From sequence record MT939240.1: DNA of 64,000 nt; one strand, written 5' to 3'. This document shows, one piece after another, positions 44,960 to 55,416 of this stretch. The notes below the pieces were generated by a model. It saw only the letters and a program-made list of their open reading frames with translations. It was not told the DNA's origin and did not search any database. This DNA is from Enterococcus phage 9181. Position 1 is the stretch's first letter. Each line of letters begins with the position of its first letter. A program made the translations under genes and the position numbers.

Positions 44960-45754
44960 CTATTGTTCCTCCTTAATAGCAGTGATAACCTTTGAAATGA
45001 TGTGTGGATCAGTCTCTAATTCTAATTCATCAATAAACTGTTCAGGAGACATTAACCACTTGTCATGGTTTAAGTCATAATAAAACGAGGTGTAACTCGT
45101 GTACTTGACTTTTTCTGCAGTAACTACAACTGTCTCGATATATTGGGGGTCATTTAGTAAGCCGGTCACCAAATAATACCCTCTTACCTTCCCGTTTGTT
45201 TCCTTGTGTTTCCATACCTGACCAACCTCTGGGAAAAGTGTTACTTCTACTCCACTAACTTCTTCTCCTTCGGGAGTGACAAAAGTCTTTTGTATAGGCT
45301 CTTCAATAGTTACTTTACCGTTGCCTGATGAACCAAAGCCTTTTTCTCCACGGTCTTTGTGCTCAATCTCAGCAACTTCTTTCATTTGAGCGTAGGGTCT
45401 TTGAGTAAACACGATTTGAGCAATCTTGAATCCACGGCTGATGAACTGAGGTTTATTGGTAAGGTTGGTAACAATCACTTTGACTTCCCCTGTATACTCT
45501 TGGTCAACTGTCCCATACCATATGAGAAGCTCGCCTTGTAAAGAAAGTCCTGAACGAGGTCTTACACAACCTTCTACTTGATTAGGGATGTCAAATGCAA
45601 TTCCTGTTGGTAAAGCTTTTGTAGAACCTTCTTGTTGGAAAGGTGCTAATGTGATTGGTTCGCTTGTGAATAAGTCGAATCCTGAATCTGTTACACGTTT
45701 CTGGAAGGGAGTAGTAGCATGTTCTGAAAGTTTAGTGAAGTTGATTGATAGCAT
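44960..45754 (-). CDS. dut: dUTPase (trimeric dUTP diphosphatase) with a ~115-aa C-terminal extension (264 aa; start at MLSINF)
   Basis: dUTPase motifs VRPRSGLS and GTVDQEYTGEV. RBS AGGAGG. Confidence 0.7.
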   Translation of the reverse strand: MLSINFTKLSEHATTPFQKRVTDSGFDLFTSEPITLAPFQQEGSTKALPTGIAFDIPNQVEGCVRPRSGLSLQGELLIWYGTVDQEYTGEVKVIVTNLTNKPQFISRGFKIAQIVFTQRPYAQMKEVAEIEHKDRGEKGFGSSGNGKVTIEEPIQKTFVTPEGEEVSGVEVTLFPEVGQVWKHKETNGKVRGYYLVTGLLNDPQYIETVVVTAEKVKYTSYTSFYYDLNHDKWLMSPEQFIDELELETDPHIISKVITAIKEEQ

Positions 45755-45768
45755 ATGATGATTTCCTC

Positions 45769-46302
45769 CTATAATAAGCATTTAGCTTCTGAAACTAAAG
45801 TATTTCGTTCTCTTTTAATCTTGTCGATCTCTTCTTCAATTACTTCTAACTCGAGCATCTTAACTCGAAGCACATCACCACGTTTTAAAGTGGCTGTCAA
45901 TGTGTAAAGTTCTAATGCACGCTCTGTTAAAGCGATTAACTCTTGGGAAGAGTCTCTTATAGCTGTGTTAACTAACCGCTTAGCAGTGTTCTCAATAGCT
46001 TTCTGTAACTGCGGAGAACTCTTGGCAACTGCCTGTCGTAACTCGCTTGCTTCACGGTCAGTACTTCGATAAACAGTAATGACTTTCTTAGCACCTACGC
46101 TAATGATGTATGTGATTTCTTCTAACTCGTCTAACCATACTTGGCTACCGTCTGGTTTAACCTCAATTCGGTTAGCTCGTGAAAGACCTCCCCTAACAAA
46201 CTTAAGTATTTCCATGTTTGTTTTAGAGCTGTCAATACGTTCATTAAAACGCTGTGTAGCATGTGCTGATAAAGTATACTGTACGAAGTTAGGTACTCCC
46301 AT
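45769..46302 (-). CDS. Hypothetical protein (177 aa), first gene of the minus-strand block
   Basis: RBS GAGGAGG. Confidence 0.55.
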   Translation of the reverse strand: MGVPNFVQYTLSAHATQRFNERIDSSKTNMEILKFVRGGLSRANRIEVKPDGSQVWLDELEEITYIISVGAKKVITVYRSTDREASELRQAVAKSSPQLQKAIENTAKRLVNTAIRDSSQELIALTERALELYTLTATLKRGDVLRVKMLELEVIEEEIDKIKRERNTLVSEAKCLL

Positions 46303-46334
46303 TTAAATGTTCCTCCTCTTAACTGATGAATTAA

Positions 46335-46368
46335 TCATACCATATACATCGGAAAAGTGTCAATACCA
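46335..46368 (-). promoter_or_regulatory. Minus-strand promoter TTGACA-18-TGGTATGAT
   Basis: The reverse complement reads GGTATTGACACTTTTCCGATGTATATGGTATGATT. Confidence 0.5.
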
Positions 46369-46457
46369 TTTTGGACGTTTTTTAAATTTATCGGAATTGT
46401 CTGTTGTAGAGGCATTTATGTAAAAGTAATATACCTAATATAGTAAGGAGGACTAGA

Positions 46458-47102
46458 ATGGGTAAAATACAAATAGGCTCACGATCCATTGATGACAGTC
46501 GCCAACGGAAGTATATGACAACTTCCCAAGAACCAACTACATTTGACGGAGTTGATCTAACTACTCTAAAGCCTAAAATGAAACGTTTTGCAAGGCATTA
46601 TATGTCTACCGTCAACGTAACTCAGTCAGCAGAAGCTTCTGGGTACACCCCTGCAAGTGGTTTCCGACTTCTAAAACGAGCGGATGTTCAAGCTTACCTA
46701 CAGTGGTTAGTCACTGATGAAGCCAATGCGGACATCGCTTCCCCCACCGAAGTCCTAGAAGGATTGACACGGGCAGCTAACGGAGAAATGTATGACCAAG
46801 TTGTTTTGCAGAACGGTAAGATAGTTGAGAAAAGGATTGATGCAAAGGATCGTATCTCAGCTTATAACACATTAGCTAAATTCCATGGCTTGCTTCAACC
46901 AGAAGTACAAGTCAATCAACAATTCAATATCAACGTGGATATCGTTGACGCTGTGGAAGATGATGCAGAAGTTATTGAACCTGATGAAGAAGAAATTGTC
47001 GATGGAGACTTCACGGAACTTGAATCAGATGAAGATGAAGAGGTTGTCTTTAACTCTGCTGACTTTGATGCAGGATTCTTGGGAGGTATCGGTAAACAAT
47101 GA
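46458..47102 (+). CDS. terS: Terminase small subunit (214 aa)
   Basis: N-terminal HTH-like segment KMKRFARHYMSTVNVTQSAEASGY and an acidic C-terminus. Lies immediately upstream of TerL. Confidence 0.7.
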   Translation: MGKIQIGSRSIDDSRQRKYMTTSQEPTTFDGVDLTTLKPKMKRFARHYMSTVNVTQSAEASGYTPASGFRLLKRADVQAYLQWLVTDEANADIASPTEVLEGLTRAANGEMYDQVVLQNGKIVEKRIDAKDRISAYNTLAKFHGLLQPEVQVNQQFNINVDIVDAVEDDAEVIEPDEEEIVDGDFTELESDEDEEVVFNSADFDAGFLGGIGKQ

Positions 47103-48376
47103 CAATGGAGCCAGCTAACATAAACCTAAAGATTACTAAACGCTTCTTTAATGAAGTTTACATGAAGTATATGTACAATCAACCACTGGGACAGAAACGT
47201 ATCATGGTGTTCTATGGAGGAGCTGGTTCTGGTAAGTCTAAATTTGTAGTACAGAATGCCCTCCTCAAAGGTCTTAGTGAGAAGCGTAAGTTCCTAGTCT
47301 GTCGTAAAGTTGATAACACAATCCGTGACTCCATCTTTGCTGAGTTTGTACAAGGCTTACGAGAATTGAACATTTATGAGATATGTGATATTAAGAATAG
47401 TTATTTGACCATCACTCTTCCAAATGGGACTGAGTACATCTTCAAAGGGTTGGAAGACCCAGAACGGATCAAGTCCATCCAAGGTATCTCCGATATCATC
47501 ATGGAGGAAGCAACTGAGTTTACCATAGATGACTATTCCCAGCTTAACTTGCGTCTTCGTAACAAAGCTATCAAGAATAACCAAATTACTCTTATGTACA
47601 ACCCAGCTTCAAAGGCTAACTGGGTGTATGGAATGTTCCATGATCCTAAGAAGCCTAGACCAAAGAACTGTCAAGTTGTTCATACAACCTACAAAGACAA
47701 TCGCTTCTTATCAGCCGATTACCTAGAGAACTTGAAAGACATGATGAATACTAACCCAGTTTATTATGAAATCTATGCTTTAGGTAAGTTCGCAAGCCTT
47801 GGTAAGATGGTTTACACAAACTGGACTAGAGGTTCTCTTGACATCATGGAAGAGCTCAAGACTGGTAAGTGGAAACCTAAGTTCGGAATTGACTTTGGAT
47901 TTAGTAATGACCCCACAGTAATCATTTCCATCCTCGTTAACGTAGAGGAAAAGAAGATTTACGTGTTTGATGAGTTCTATAAGACGGGTATGTTCAACAG
48001 ACAAATATTTGAAGTCCTTAAGAAGAAGAACTTGTTGGGATATCATATGTTTGCTGACTCAGCAGCCCCAAAAGACATTGCAGAAATAAAACGACTTGGT
48101 GCTCGGTACTTGAAGCCTGCCAAGAAAGGTAAGGATTCCATTAACCACGGTATCCAATTCTTACAAGGTTACAAGATTATTGTAGACCCTCGTTGTAAGC
48201 ATACTATTGAAGAGTTTGAAAACTATGGTTGGAAGAAAATCAAAGGAACTAACGAGTATGAGAACAAGCCAATGGATAACTTCAACCACTGTATGGATGC
48301 TCTTAGATATGCTGTTTCAGATATGATACCACGAAACACTGTAAGAACTATTAATAAGTCACTACTTGGCTTATAA
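47099..48376 (+). CDS. terL: Terminase large subunit (425 aa)
   Basis: Walker A VFYGGAGSGKS and a C-terminal nuclease region. Confidence 0.85.
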   Translation: MTMEPANINLKITKRFFNEVYMKYMYNQPLGQKRIMVFYGGAGSGKSKFVVQNALLKGLSEKRKFLVCRKVDNTIRDSIFAEFVQGLRELNIYEICDIKNSYLTITLPNGTEYIFKGLEDPERIKSIQGISDIIMEEATEFTIDDYSQLNLRLRNKAIKNNQITLMYNPASKANWVYGMFHDPKKPRPKNCQVVHTTYKDNRFLSADYLENLKDMMNTNPVYYEIYALGKFASLGKMVYTNWTRGSLDIMEELKTGKWKPKFGIDFGFSNDPTVIISILVNVEEKKIYVFDEFYKTGMFNRQIFEVLKKKNLLGYHMFADSAAPKDIAEIKRLGARYLKPAKKGKDSINHGIQFLQGYKIIVDPRCKHTIEEFENYGWKKIKGTNEYENKPMDNFNHCMDALRYAVSDMIPRNTVRTINKSLLGL

Positions 48377-48388
48377 GGAGGAAACTAA

Positions 48389-49963
48389 ATGGCAATACCA
48401 GATTACCAAATTAACCCAGGCGATTTAATCACTACTAGAGAGAATCGAAAGTATCACCTTAAACGTGATTTTGACCTAGAAGAGATAATATCTCTTGCTG
48501 ACAATCATTACAACACGTCAAGTAACTACGACCTCTTGTACGACTATTACAAAGGAAATCACTACGCTATCCAGAACCGTACCTTTGATGATAAGAACAA
48601 ACCTAACAGCAAGGTGGTGCACAACTTCCCTAAACTGGTGGTCGACACTTCTGTGGCTTACCTTGTAGGAGAGCCTATCACATATGCTGGCGACGAAGCT
48701 ACTATCAAGGCTATGGAACCTATTATGCGAGATAACTTCATTGATGATCTTAACACAGAGGAAGCTAAGTTCTCTGCCATATTTGGTCATTGCTTCGAAC
48801 TAGCGTGGATTGACCGTGAGGGTAAACTCCGCTTTAAAGTGGTTTCACCTAAAAACTGTTTCATCGCTTACTCAATGGACTTAGATGAAGAACCCCTATG
48901 TGCGGTGTACTACAACCAATATAACACAATGAACAACCTTGAAACAGTCCGTGTTTATGAAGTGTTCTTAAAAGATAAGAAACTATCCTTTACTACCGAG
49001 ACTAAATTCAGTCCTAAGTCACAACACAAAGAGACAGCTATTAAGAACTTCCGAGAAGACCCAAGCGTCCTTAGGGTATTCCCTGCCTATGAACTAGTGG
49101 CTAATGAAGAACGTCTTGGGGACTTTGAAGCTCAACTAGGTTTGATTGATGCTTATAACTTGTCTGTTTCAGATAGTGTCAATGATATTGCCTACTGGAA
49201 TGATGCTTACCTATGGTTGCAAGGTTTTGACCTTTCCGAAGATGGCGAGTCAGTAGCTAACATGAAGAACGATAGAGTCATTGTAACTGATGAAGCTGGG
49301 AATGTCAAGTTCATTACAAAAGACATCAATGACAAGCATGTAGAGAATATTAAGAACCGTGCTCGTGAGGACATTTTTAGTCTTTCACAAACTCCTGATT
49401 TAGCATCTGAACAGTTTGCAGCTGCTTCTGGTGTGGCTATGAGAGCTAAGTCTCAACCGCTAGAGAACAAAACAGCTATGAAAGAAAGTAAGTTCAAGAA
49501 GATGTTGCAACACCGTTTCCAAGTGATCGCTGCATACTTATCTGTAAAACAGTCTACAGGAGCTAAGAACTTGAAACCTCTTGAAGTGGAACCTGTATTT
49601 GTACGTAACTTACCACAATCATATGCAGAACTTGCTGACATGGCTGTTAAGTTGAAAGACACGATGTCTGATGAAACAATTCTGGCTCAATTCCCATTCA
49701 TCACAAACCCTTCTGATGAAGCTTCCAAAGCATCTAAACAACGGGTTAGCCGTATGAAAGAGTCTAGTGATTCTTTTGGAGTTCCCACCTTGAACCAAAC
49801 AGCTAAGACAGCACAGGCTAACGCTCAATCAGCACAAGCTACCCCAAAGCTTAATAATGACCCATCTAAGAACAAAGGTATTGAAACGGGTGATCCAATG
49901 GCTGCTAAGGAACAGGAGAAAGCTCGTAACAAGAAGCCTATCCAACAACCTAAAGCAAAGTAA
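48389..49963 (+). CDS. Portal protein (524 aa)
   Basis: Size and position after TerL. Basic/acidic C-terminal tail. Confidence 0.75.
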   Translation: MAIPDYQINPGDLITTRENRKYHLKRDFDLEEIISLADNHYNTSSNYDLLYDYYKGNHYAIQNRTFDDKNKPNSKVVHNFPKLVVDTSVAYLVGEPITYAGDEATIKAMEPIMRDNFIDDLNTEEAKFSAIFGHCFELAWIDREGKLRFKVVSPKNCFIAYSMDLDEEPLCAVYYNQYNTMNNLETVRVYEVFLKDKKLSFTTETKFSPKSQHKETAIKNFREDPSVLRVFPAYELVANEERLGDFEAQLGLIDAYNLSVSDSVNDIAYWNDAYLWLQGFDLSEDGESVANMKNDRVIVTDEAGNVKFITKDINDKHVENIKNRAREDIFSLSQTPDLASEQFAAASGVAMRAKSQPLENKTAMKESKFKKMLQHRFQVIAAYLSVKQSTGAKNLKPLEVEPVFVRNLPQSYAELADMAVKLKDTMSDETILAQFPFITNPSDEASKASKQRVSRMKESSDSFGVPTLNQTAKTAQANAQSAQATPKLNNDPSKNKGIETGDPMAAKEQEKARNKKPIQQPKAK

Positions 49964-49975
49964 GGAGAATGATCC

Positions 49976-50722
49976 ATGGTTATGAAGTTTGATACAGACA
50001 TTGAAAGAGAACTTGTAAGCCTGATGATAGACTATCATGACGACCTTGGCGGACTTATCCTCCGCCTTAAGGTTGAATTGAATAACTTACTGTCAGACTA
50101 CATCCTTGAAGTAGCGGCTCTAAAGCCTAACGACGTTGCTCAACTCAATTTCCTTACTCAGCAACTACAGGACGATATTTCGGTTGTGTTAGCACCCCTC
50201 ATGACAGAGTACCTTGGGTTGACACAAGAAGCTCACGATAGGGCTGTAGAAGCCGTCATTGGACAAAATGACAAGCTAGAGGAGTTGCTAAGTGTAGGGA
50301 TGACAGACTCAGCAGGAAGCGTCGAGCAAGCTAAGCAAACTACCTACAACATTATTGCAGCTCTAGCTTCTGAGATTTCTTCAATAGCGCTTAGAGGACT
50401 TACAGATAAAAATGGAATTACTGCTTCTACCATCAGGGAACTAACTGATAAGAAGGACAGTCTCCTTTATCAAGTACGTAGGCACTTTGAAGCTTTCCTA
50501 AGCTTAATGATTAATGAAGGCGTAATTCAGTCTTCTCCAATTATGGGATACACACAATGGTATTGGCAAACCCATCCTGAACTTACAAGGAGCGGAACGT
50601 GCCCGACCTGTAAGGAGCACGCTCAGGGTGGAGTAAACAACGATGGGATATACAGTTCCCATGACTTACCAATGATCCCAGTTCATCCACACTGTGTATG
50701 TGTACTCATACCAGTACCTTAA
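49976..50722 (+). CDS. Minor head protein (SPP1 gp7 / Mu F-like head morphogenesis, 248 aa)
   Basis: Position after the portal. C-terminal Cys cluster. Confidence 0.5.
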   Translation: MVMKFDTDIERELVSLMIDYHDDLGGLILRLKVELNNLLSDYILEVAALKPNDVAQLNFLTQQLQDDISVVLAPLMTEYLGLTQEAHDRAVEAVIGQNDKLEELLSVGMTDSAGSVEQAKQTTYNIIAALASEISSIALRGLTDKNGITASTIRELTDKKDSLLYQVRRHFEAFLSLMINEGVIQSSPIMGYTQWYWQTHPELTRSGTCPTCKEHAQGGVNNDGIYSSHDLPMIPVHPHCVCVLIPVP

Positions 50723-50823
50723 CAAGAGTTTTGAGGCAAGGGCACTCTGAGAACTTCCAAAAATAAACCAAAGCACGCACAGGGCTTAACTGAACTGTGG
50801 AGGGCGAAGGAGAGAAATTAAAC

Positions 50824-51468
50824 ATGACAGATCAATTAGACAACTTAGGTATTGAGGATATTTTAGGTATTGTAGAAAGCAATGAGGAAATTGCTAATCA
50901 ATTGCAAGCCAAATTCGTGAATACTAAAACGGTAGAATCATTCTTACATACCCCAGAGGGCGAGAAAGTCGTGGCTCCGATTAAAGACGCTTACGCTTCT
51001 AAAGCTATCGAAGGATGGAAGAACAAAAACTTAGACCGTATCATTCAAGAAAAAGTTAACGAAATGAACCCACCTGAAACTAAAGAGCAGAAAGAACTTC
51101 AAGCTATGCAACAACGACTTGCAGCTATTGAAAAAGACAAACAGGCTCTGGAACAACAAGCGGTGGCAGCAGAGGAGTTAGCTAAACTAGGCTTACCTTC
51201 TAACTTTGCTTCTTATATCGTTGGGGACTCTACGGAGGTTACTAAGCATAAAGCTAAAAGTCTGGAAGTTGAAATTTCTAACTTCGTCAAACAAACTACA
51301 GATTCAGCTTTACAACAATATGGCTCACAAACGGCACCATCAAACTTAGACGGAGCAACTACTCAAGCTCAAAAAACATATGATGACCCATATGATATGA
51401 CTATTGAGGAAGCTACTGCGTTGAAGAATGACAATCCTGTACTTTACGCTAAATTATTCGGAGAGTAA
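50824..51468 (+). CDS. Scaffolding protein (214 aa; start at MTDQ)
   Basis: RBS GAAGGAGAG. Q/A/E-rich coiled coil directly upstream of the major capsid gene. Confidence 0.6.
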   Translation: MTDQLDNLGIEDILGIVESNEEIANQLQAKFVNTKTVESFLHTPEGEKVVAPIKDAYASKAIEGWKNKNLDRIIQEKVNEMNPPETKEQKELQAMQQRLAAIEKDKQALEQQAVAAEELAKLGLPSNFASYIVGDSTEVTKHKAKSLEVEISNFVKQTTDSALQQYGSQTAPSNLDGATTQAQKTYDDPYDMTIEEATALKNDNPVLYAKLFGE

Positions 51469-51505
51469 GGATAATTAAATTACTTATTAAAGGAGTTCAA
51501 TCATT

Positions 51506-52354
51506 ATGGCAAACGGATTCGCACCTAAAACAGGTCTTAAAGGTTCTAGCTCAACAGCTACAATCGACCAATTAATTAACCCTCAGGTTATCGGTAATTT
51601 CCTGAACAAAAAACTAGTAAACAAAATTGTCTTAGCTCCATTCGCAACTATTGACAATACTTTAATGAACAGCGCTGGGGATACTTTGAGCATTCCTCAA
51701 TGGAACTATATTGGCGAAGCAGAAGACGTAGCTGAATATGGAGAAATCCCAGTTAAAGAATTGAAAGCTACAATGACTTCTGTAACTGTTAAAAAAGTTG
51801 TTCAAGCTGTAACTCTTTCTGACGAAGCTATCTTATCAGCTCACATTCGTCCAGTTGATGAAGCTACTAACCAGATCGCTACATCTATCGCACAAAAAGT
51901 TGACAACGACTTCTTGACAGCTGTTAAAGCATTAGAACCAACTCCAGTTGAAGGTCTTGGAACTAAAGGTCAATACGCTTGGGTATTGGAAGGTCAAGCA
52001 GCATTCGGAGAAGATTTAGATGAACGTACTGCTTTGATTATCTCTCCTAAAATGCGTGCAAACATCTTGCTAGCACCTGACTTCGTTTATGTTAACCAAG
52101 GTGACAAGATTGTTTCTGGACAAATCGGTACTATCTTCGGGGTAGCTGTAGTCGTATCATCTAAACTAGCTGACAATGAAGCTATCTTAATCCGTGAAGG
52201 TGCGTTGAGCTTGTTGCTTAAACGTGGATTCAACGTTGAACCTATCCGTGAAGGTAAGATTCGTGCAACAACTATCTCTGCTGACCAACACTATGCTGCG
52301 TACGTACGTGACGCTACGAAAGTGGTTTACTTAACTGCAAAAGTGGGGGAGTAA
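51506..52354 (+). CDS. Major capsid protein (282 aa)
   Basis: Position, size and strong RBS. The capsid-decoration genes are followed by a strong terminator. Confidence 0.7.
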   Translation: MANGFAPKTGLKGSSSTATIDQLINPQVIGNFLNKKLVNKIVLAPFATIDNTLMNSAGDTLSIPQWNYIGEAEDVAEYGEIPVKELKATMTSVTVKKVVQAVTLSDEAILSAHIRPVDEATNQIATSIAQKVDNDFLTAVKALEPTPVEGLGTKGQYAWVLEGQAAFGEDLDERTALIISPKMRANILLAPDFVYVNQGDKIVSGQIGTIFGVAVVVSSKLADNEAILIREGALSLLLKRGFNVEPIREGKIRATTISADQHYAAYVRDATKVVYLTAKVGE

Positions 52355-52356
52355 AG

Positions 52357-52875
52357 GTGGAGACAGTAACTCCGTCACAACAAACTATGTCTATTAAGGT
52401 TGGGGATGCAGACAGAGCACTATCTTTCATGGTAGCTCCTGACGATGCTTCCAACAAAGCTTTAGACATCACTTCTAGCGACCCGACTGTAGCAACTTAT
52501 GTCAGTGGTAAAGTACATGCTTTAAAAGCAGGTAAAACTGACATTGTAGCTACTGCCCAAGATGGCTCAGGAGTATCTGGTAAGTGCGCTGTTACTGTAT
52601 CTGCTGCTGATGTTGCTGTTACAGGTGTGACTATTGCTCCTAAAACAGCCTCCATTGCAGTTGGTGCTACTCAACAGCTAACACCTACTGTAGCTCCTGC
52701 TGATGCTACTGACAAATCTGTTACTTACAAATCTAGTGCTGAGGCAATTGCCACAGTTAGTGCTAGTGGATTGGTAACAGCCGTTGCAGAGGGCGAGGCA
52801 ACTATTACTGTAACTACTAAGAGCGGTGCAAAAACCGACACTAGCGTAATTACTGTTACTGCTGCCGGAGCTTAA
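52357..52875 (+). CDS. Tandem Big_2 (bacterial Ig-like) domain protein, probable head decoration/fibre (172 aa)
   Basis: Big_2 signatures VTGVTIAPKTASIAVGATQQL...ATVSASGLVTAVAEGEATITVTT. Confidence 0.6.
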   Translation: METVTPSQQTMSIKVGDADRALSFMVAPDDASNKALDITSSDPTVATYVSGKVHALKAGKTDIVATAQDGSGVSGKCAVTVSAADVAVTGVTIAPKTASIAVGATQQLTPTVAPADATDKSVTYKSSAEAIATVSASGLVTAVAEGEATITVTTKSGAKTDTSVITVTAAGA

Positions 52876-52893
52876 TTAAATCAAACTCTTAAG

Positions 52894-52926
52894 GAGCCTG
52901 CCCTAACAGTGGGTGGGCTCTTTTTA
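52894..52926 (+). terminator. Rho-independent terminator after the capsid/decoration genes
   Basis: GAGCCTGCCC..GGGTGGGCTC followed by TTTTT. Confidence 0.65.
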
Positions 52927-52945
52927 TAGAGTAAGGAGGACTACT

Positions 52946-53329
52946 ATGGATTTTCCAGTAAGTAACACACCCCTCCCAGAAAAATACAAAGATGTTAACA
53001 TAGATGAACTAAAGATCATTCAAGGATATGGTTCAATCAGCCTACGAGACGACTTACTTAAACTTCTCAAAGGAAGAGCTATGCAACACATTTGTATTTA
53101 CATCAAGAAACCGTTTAGTGTCGCCTCCTTCCCACAAGCTCTGGAATATATCGCAGATGAGTTAGCAGCTAGCCGCTTAAGTTTGGTTAACTCAGAAGGT
53201 ATTAAAACAGAGGTTACGGATATCTCAAGGTTTGACTACTCAGAAGACATATATGCCAACTGGTATAAAGTATTGGATGATTGGGTAGCTCAAGAGAACG
53301 GTTCAACAAAAAGATTCTTCATGATGTAG
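52946..53329 (+). CDS. Putative head-tail connector/adaptor protein (127 aa)
   Basis: RBS AAGGAGG. Position in the module. Confidence 0.4.
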   Translation: MDFPVSNTPLPEKYKDVNIDELKIIQGYGSISLRDDLLKLLKGRAMQHICIYIKKPFSVASFPQALEYIADELAASRLSLVNSEGIKTEVTDISRFDYSEDIYANWYKVLDDWVAQENGSTKRFFMM

Positions 53330-53340
53330 GAGGTGTAATA

Positions 53341-53706
53341 ATGAGAGCTAATGAGTTAGTATCTCTAGTACAGTTTAACGACCCTGAGTACACTGATACT
53401 GGGGGTATCTATAACGGCGAAGCTACAGTTATTGCACAGGCTATCCCTGCTACGGTAACCTCCATGCCTACAGAAGTTAAATTGCTTATGAACCAAGATG
53501 TTCAACTAGAGGACAGATACCTTATCCAACACAAGTTCTTTGAATTGAAGGATGCTCGTGTTGATGCGGTGTACAGACACTCAAACAACACGTGGTATTA
53601 CATGTATAAGAACCATGAGACTGGCGCAGGACAGACTTGCTCATATCTGGTAGAGTACCGAGATACGAGACGGACAGAATGGACTGATGACGCATGGCAG
53701 GGGTAA
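53341..53706 (+). CDS. Putative head-tail joining protein (121 aa)
   Basis: RBS TAGGAGG. Confidence 0.4.
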   Translation: MRANELVSLVQFNDPEYTDTGGIYNGEATVIAQAIPATVTSMPTEVKLLMNQDVQLEDRYLIQHKFFELKDARVDAVYRHSNNTWYYMYKNHETGAGQTCSYLVEYRDTRRTEWTDDAWQG

Positions 53707-54071
53707 ATATACAAATAATATCACAACCCGACTGGGATGCTAAGGCTAGGAAGATGACTTCTCGTCTTTCTAACATAGCAACTTTCAGGGGGGATCAAAT
53801 GGTAGATGAGGTTAAACGAAATATCACTGCCAATGATAACATAGATACAGCCACTTTGATTGATAATCTGAGAGGGACTAAGAAAGTCTCTGGAGAACAG
53901 ATTGAAATGCAAGTTGAATCGGATGTATCAAGTCACCCAGAGGGTCACTCAGGTTATGCACCGATTCTTGAGTATGGTTCAAGTAGGACAAGAGCCTATA
54001 AGAACTTTGAACCAGCCTTGGAAACAGTAACCAAGATGGTTATGGAAGACCTCTCGGAAATGAAGTTATAG
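53694..54071 (+). CDS. Putative head-closure/tail-completion protein (125 aa)
   Basis: Position in the module. Confidence 0.35.
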   Translation: MAGVNIQIISQPDWDAKARKMTSRLSNIATFRGDQMVDEVKRNITANDNIDTATLIDNLRGTKKVSGEQIEMQVESDVSSHPEGHSGYAPILEYGSSRTRAYKNFEPALETVTKMVMEDLSEMKL

Positions 54072-54081
54072 GAGGTATAAG

Positions 54082-54567
54082 ATGGTTACAAAAGTTTCGA
54101 GTCTTACTCCTGATGCCTTAAATCCCATCGAGAGACCTGACAGAAAACCTTTAAGGTTTAGGTCAGCTTCCGTGGCTTTACAATCAGCTATCTACAAAGC
54201 ATGTACAGCTCAAGGAATAAACACATGGGATGGCACTAGCAGAAAGCCAAGCTATCCATTCGTAAAGTTAGGAGAGGAGTTAACAAGTGGTGGGGAACTC
54301 TCGAAAGATCATACCATCAGAAATATTAACTTGACTCTCCATATATGGTCTGACTTCCCTGACACGGCTGAGGTAAAAGCCTTGGGGGATTTCCTGATAG
54401 ACCTGATAATCTATTCGCCACTCCACTTGGAAGAGGGTTACTGCATTGGTAGTAAAAGTCTTGACCATGTGCGATACACAGAAGCCTCTAATGGTGTTAA
54501 CAAAGGCTCCCGTGGATACCTGTTCCTAGACATACAGGTTATAGATTCTTTAAACACACCAACTTAA
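54082..54567 (+). CDS. Putative tail completion protein (161 aa)
   Basis: RBS TAGGAGG. Position in the module. Confidence 0.35.
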   Translation: MVTKVSSLTPDALNPIERPDRKPLRFRSASVALQSAIYKACTAQGINTWDGTSRKPSYPFVKLGEELTSGGELSKDHTIRNINLTLHIWSDFPDTAEVKALGDFLIDLIIYSPLHLEEGYCIGSKSLDHVRYTEASNGVNKGSRGYLFLDIQVIDSLNTPT

Positions 54568-54589
54568 CTATCAAAGGAGATTACAAATT

Positions 54590-55291
54590 ATGGCACAACA
54601 AGATTTATGTCAAAGCAATTACGTCCGTGGGGTCGCGGTACTTATCGAAGTTCAGAACCCAGACACTGGTGAGTTCTCAAAAGTAGCTGCCCAACGTGGT
54701 GGTACATTAAACCGTGCAGCCGACACTTTGGATGCTTCTTCTAAAGAAGATTATGGATGGGCTAATAACGAAGCCGGTATCAAGTCTTGGTCAATCGACT
54801 GTGACGGGTTGTTCGTAGAGAATGTACAAGGTTTCGAAGACCTTAACGTAGCTTGGGTTAACGGAGATTGCGTACGTGTTCGGGTTCGCTTCCCTTCTGG
54901 GTTGACATTCGTTGGTAACGCAATTATCACAGACTTCCCAATCGAGTTCCCTTACGATGACGCTGTAACATACTCGTTGACATTTGAAGGTAAAGGCGCT
55001 TTGGTACAAGCGCAAACAACTCCAACAGTATTGCCTAAGTCTATCACACTAACTTCTGATAAACCTTCTATTGCGGTTGGAGCAAAAGCTCAATTAAGTG
55101 TTGCGTTCACTCCATCGAATACAACTGACCAAACAGTTATCTACACTTCTCTAAACCCTGCTGTTGCTACGGTTTCTGAAACTGGTGAGGTAACTGGTGT
55201 CAAAGCTGGTACTGCCACTATGAATGCTCGTTCTAACGCCAACTCTGCGGTAACGGCTATTGTCGACATTGCAGTAACGGCTGCACCCTAA
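54590..55291 (+). CDS. Major tail protein with C-terminal Big_2 Ig-like domain (233 aa)
   Basis: Position before the chaperone/tape-measure genes. C-terminal ITLTSDKPSIAVGAKAQL...ATVSETGEVTGVKAGTATM. A terminator follows. Confidence 0.6.
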   Translation: MAQQDLCQSNYVRGVAVLIEVQNPDTGEFSKVAAQRGGTLNRAADTLDASSKEDYGWANNEAGIKSWSIDCDGLFVENVQGFEDLNVAWVNGDCVRVRVRFPSGLTFVGNAIITDFPIEFPYDDAVTYSLTFEGKGALVQAQTTPTVLPKSITLTSDKPSIAVGAKAQLSVAFTPSNTTDQTVIYTSLNPAVATVSETGEVTGVKAGTATMNARSNANSAVTAIVDIAVTAAP

Positions 55292-55361
55292 TCCGCCCCA
55301 AAATGTTGAAGTAGCATCAATTACCTCAACGGGGGCTACTATCATCGCAGAATAGTTTATA

Positions 55362-55400
55362 AAGAGGCAGATGGGAAAGCCTGTCCGCCTCTTTATTTAT
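55362..55400 (+). terminator. Rho-independent terminator
   Basis: AGAGGC..GCCTCT stem followed by TTTATTTAT. Confidence 0.55.
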
Positions 55401-55416
55401 AAGGAGGGTACGATTA

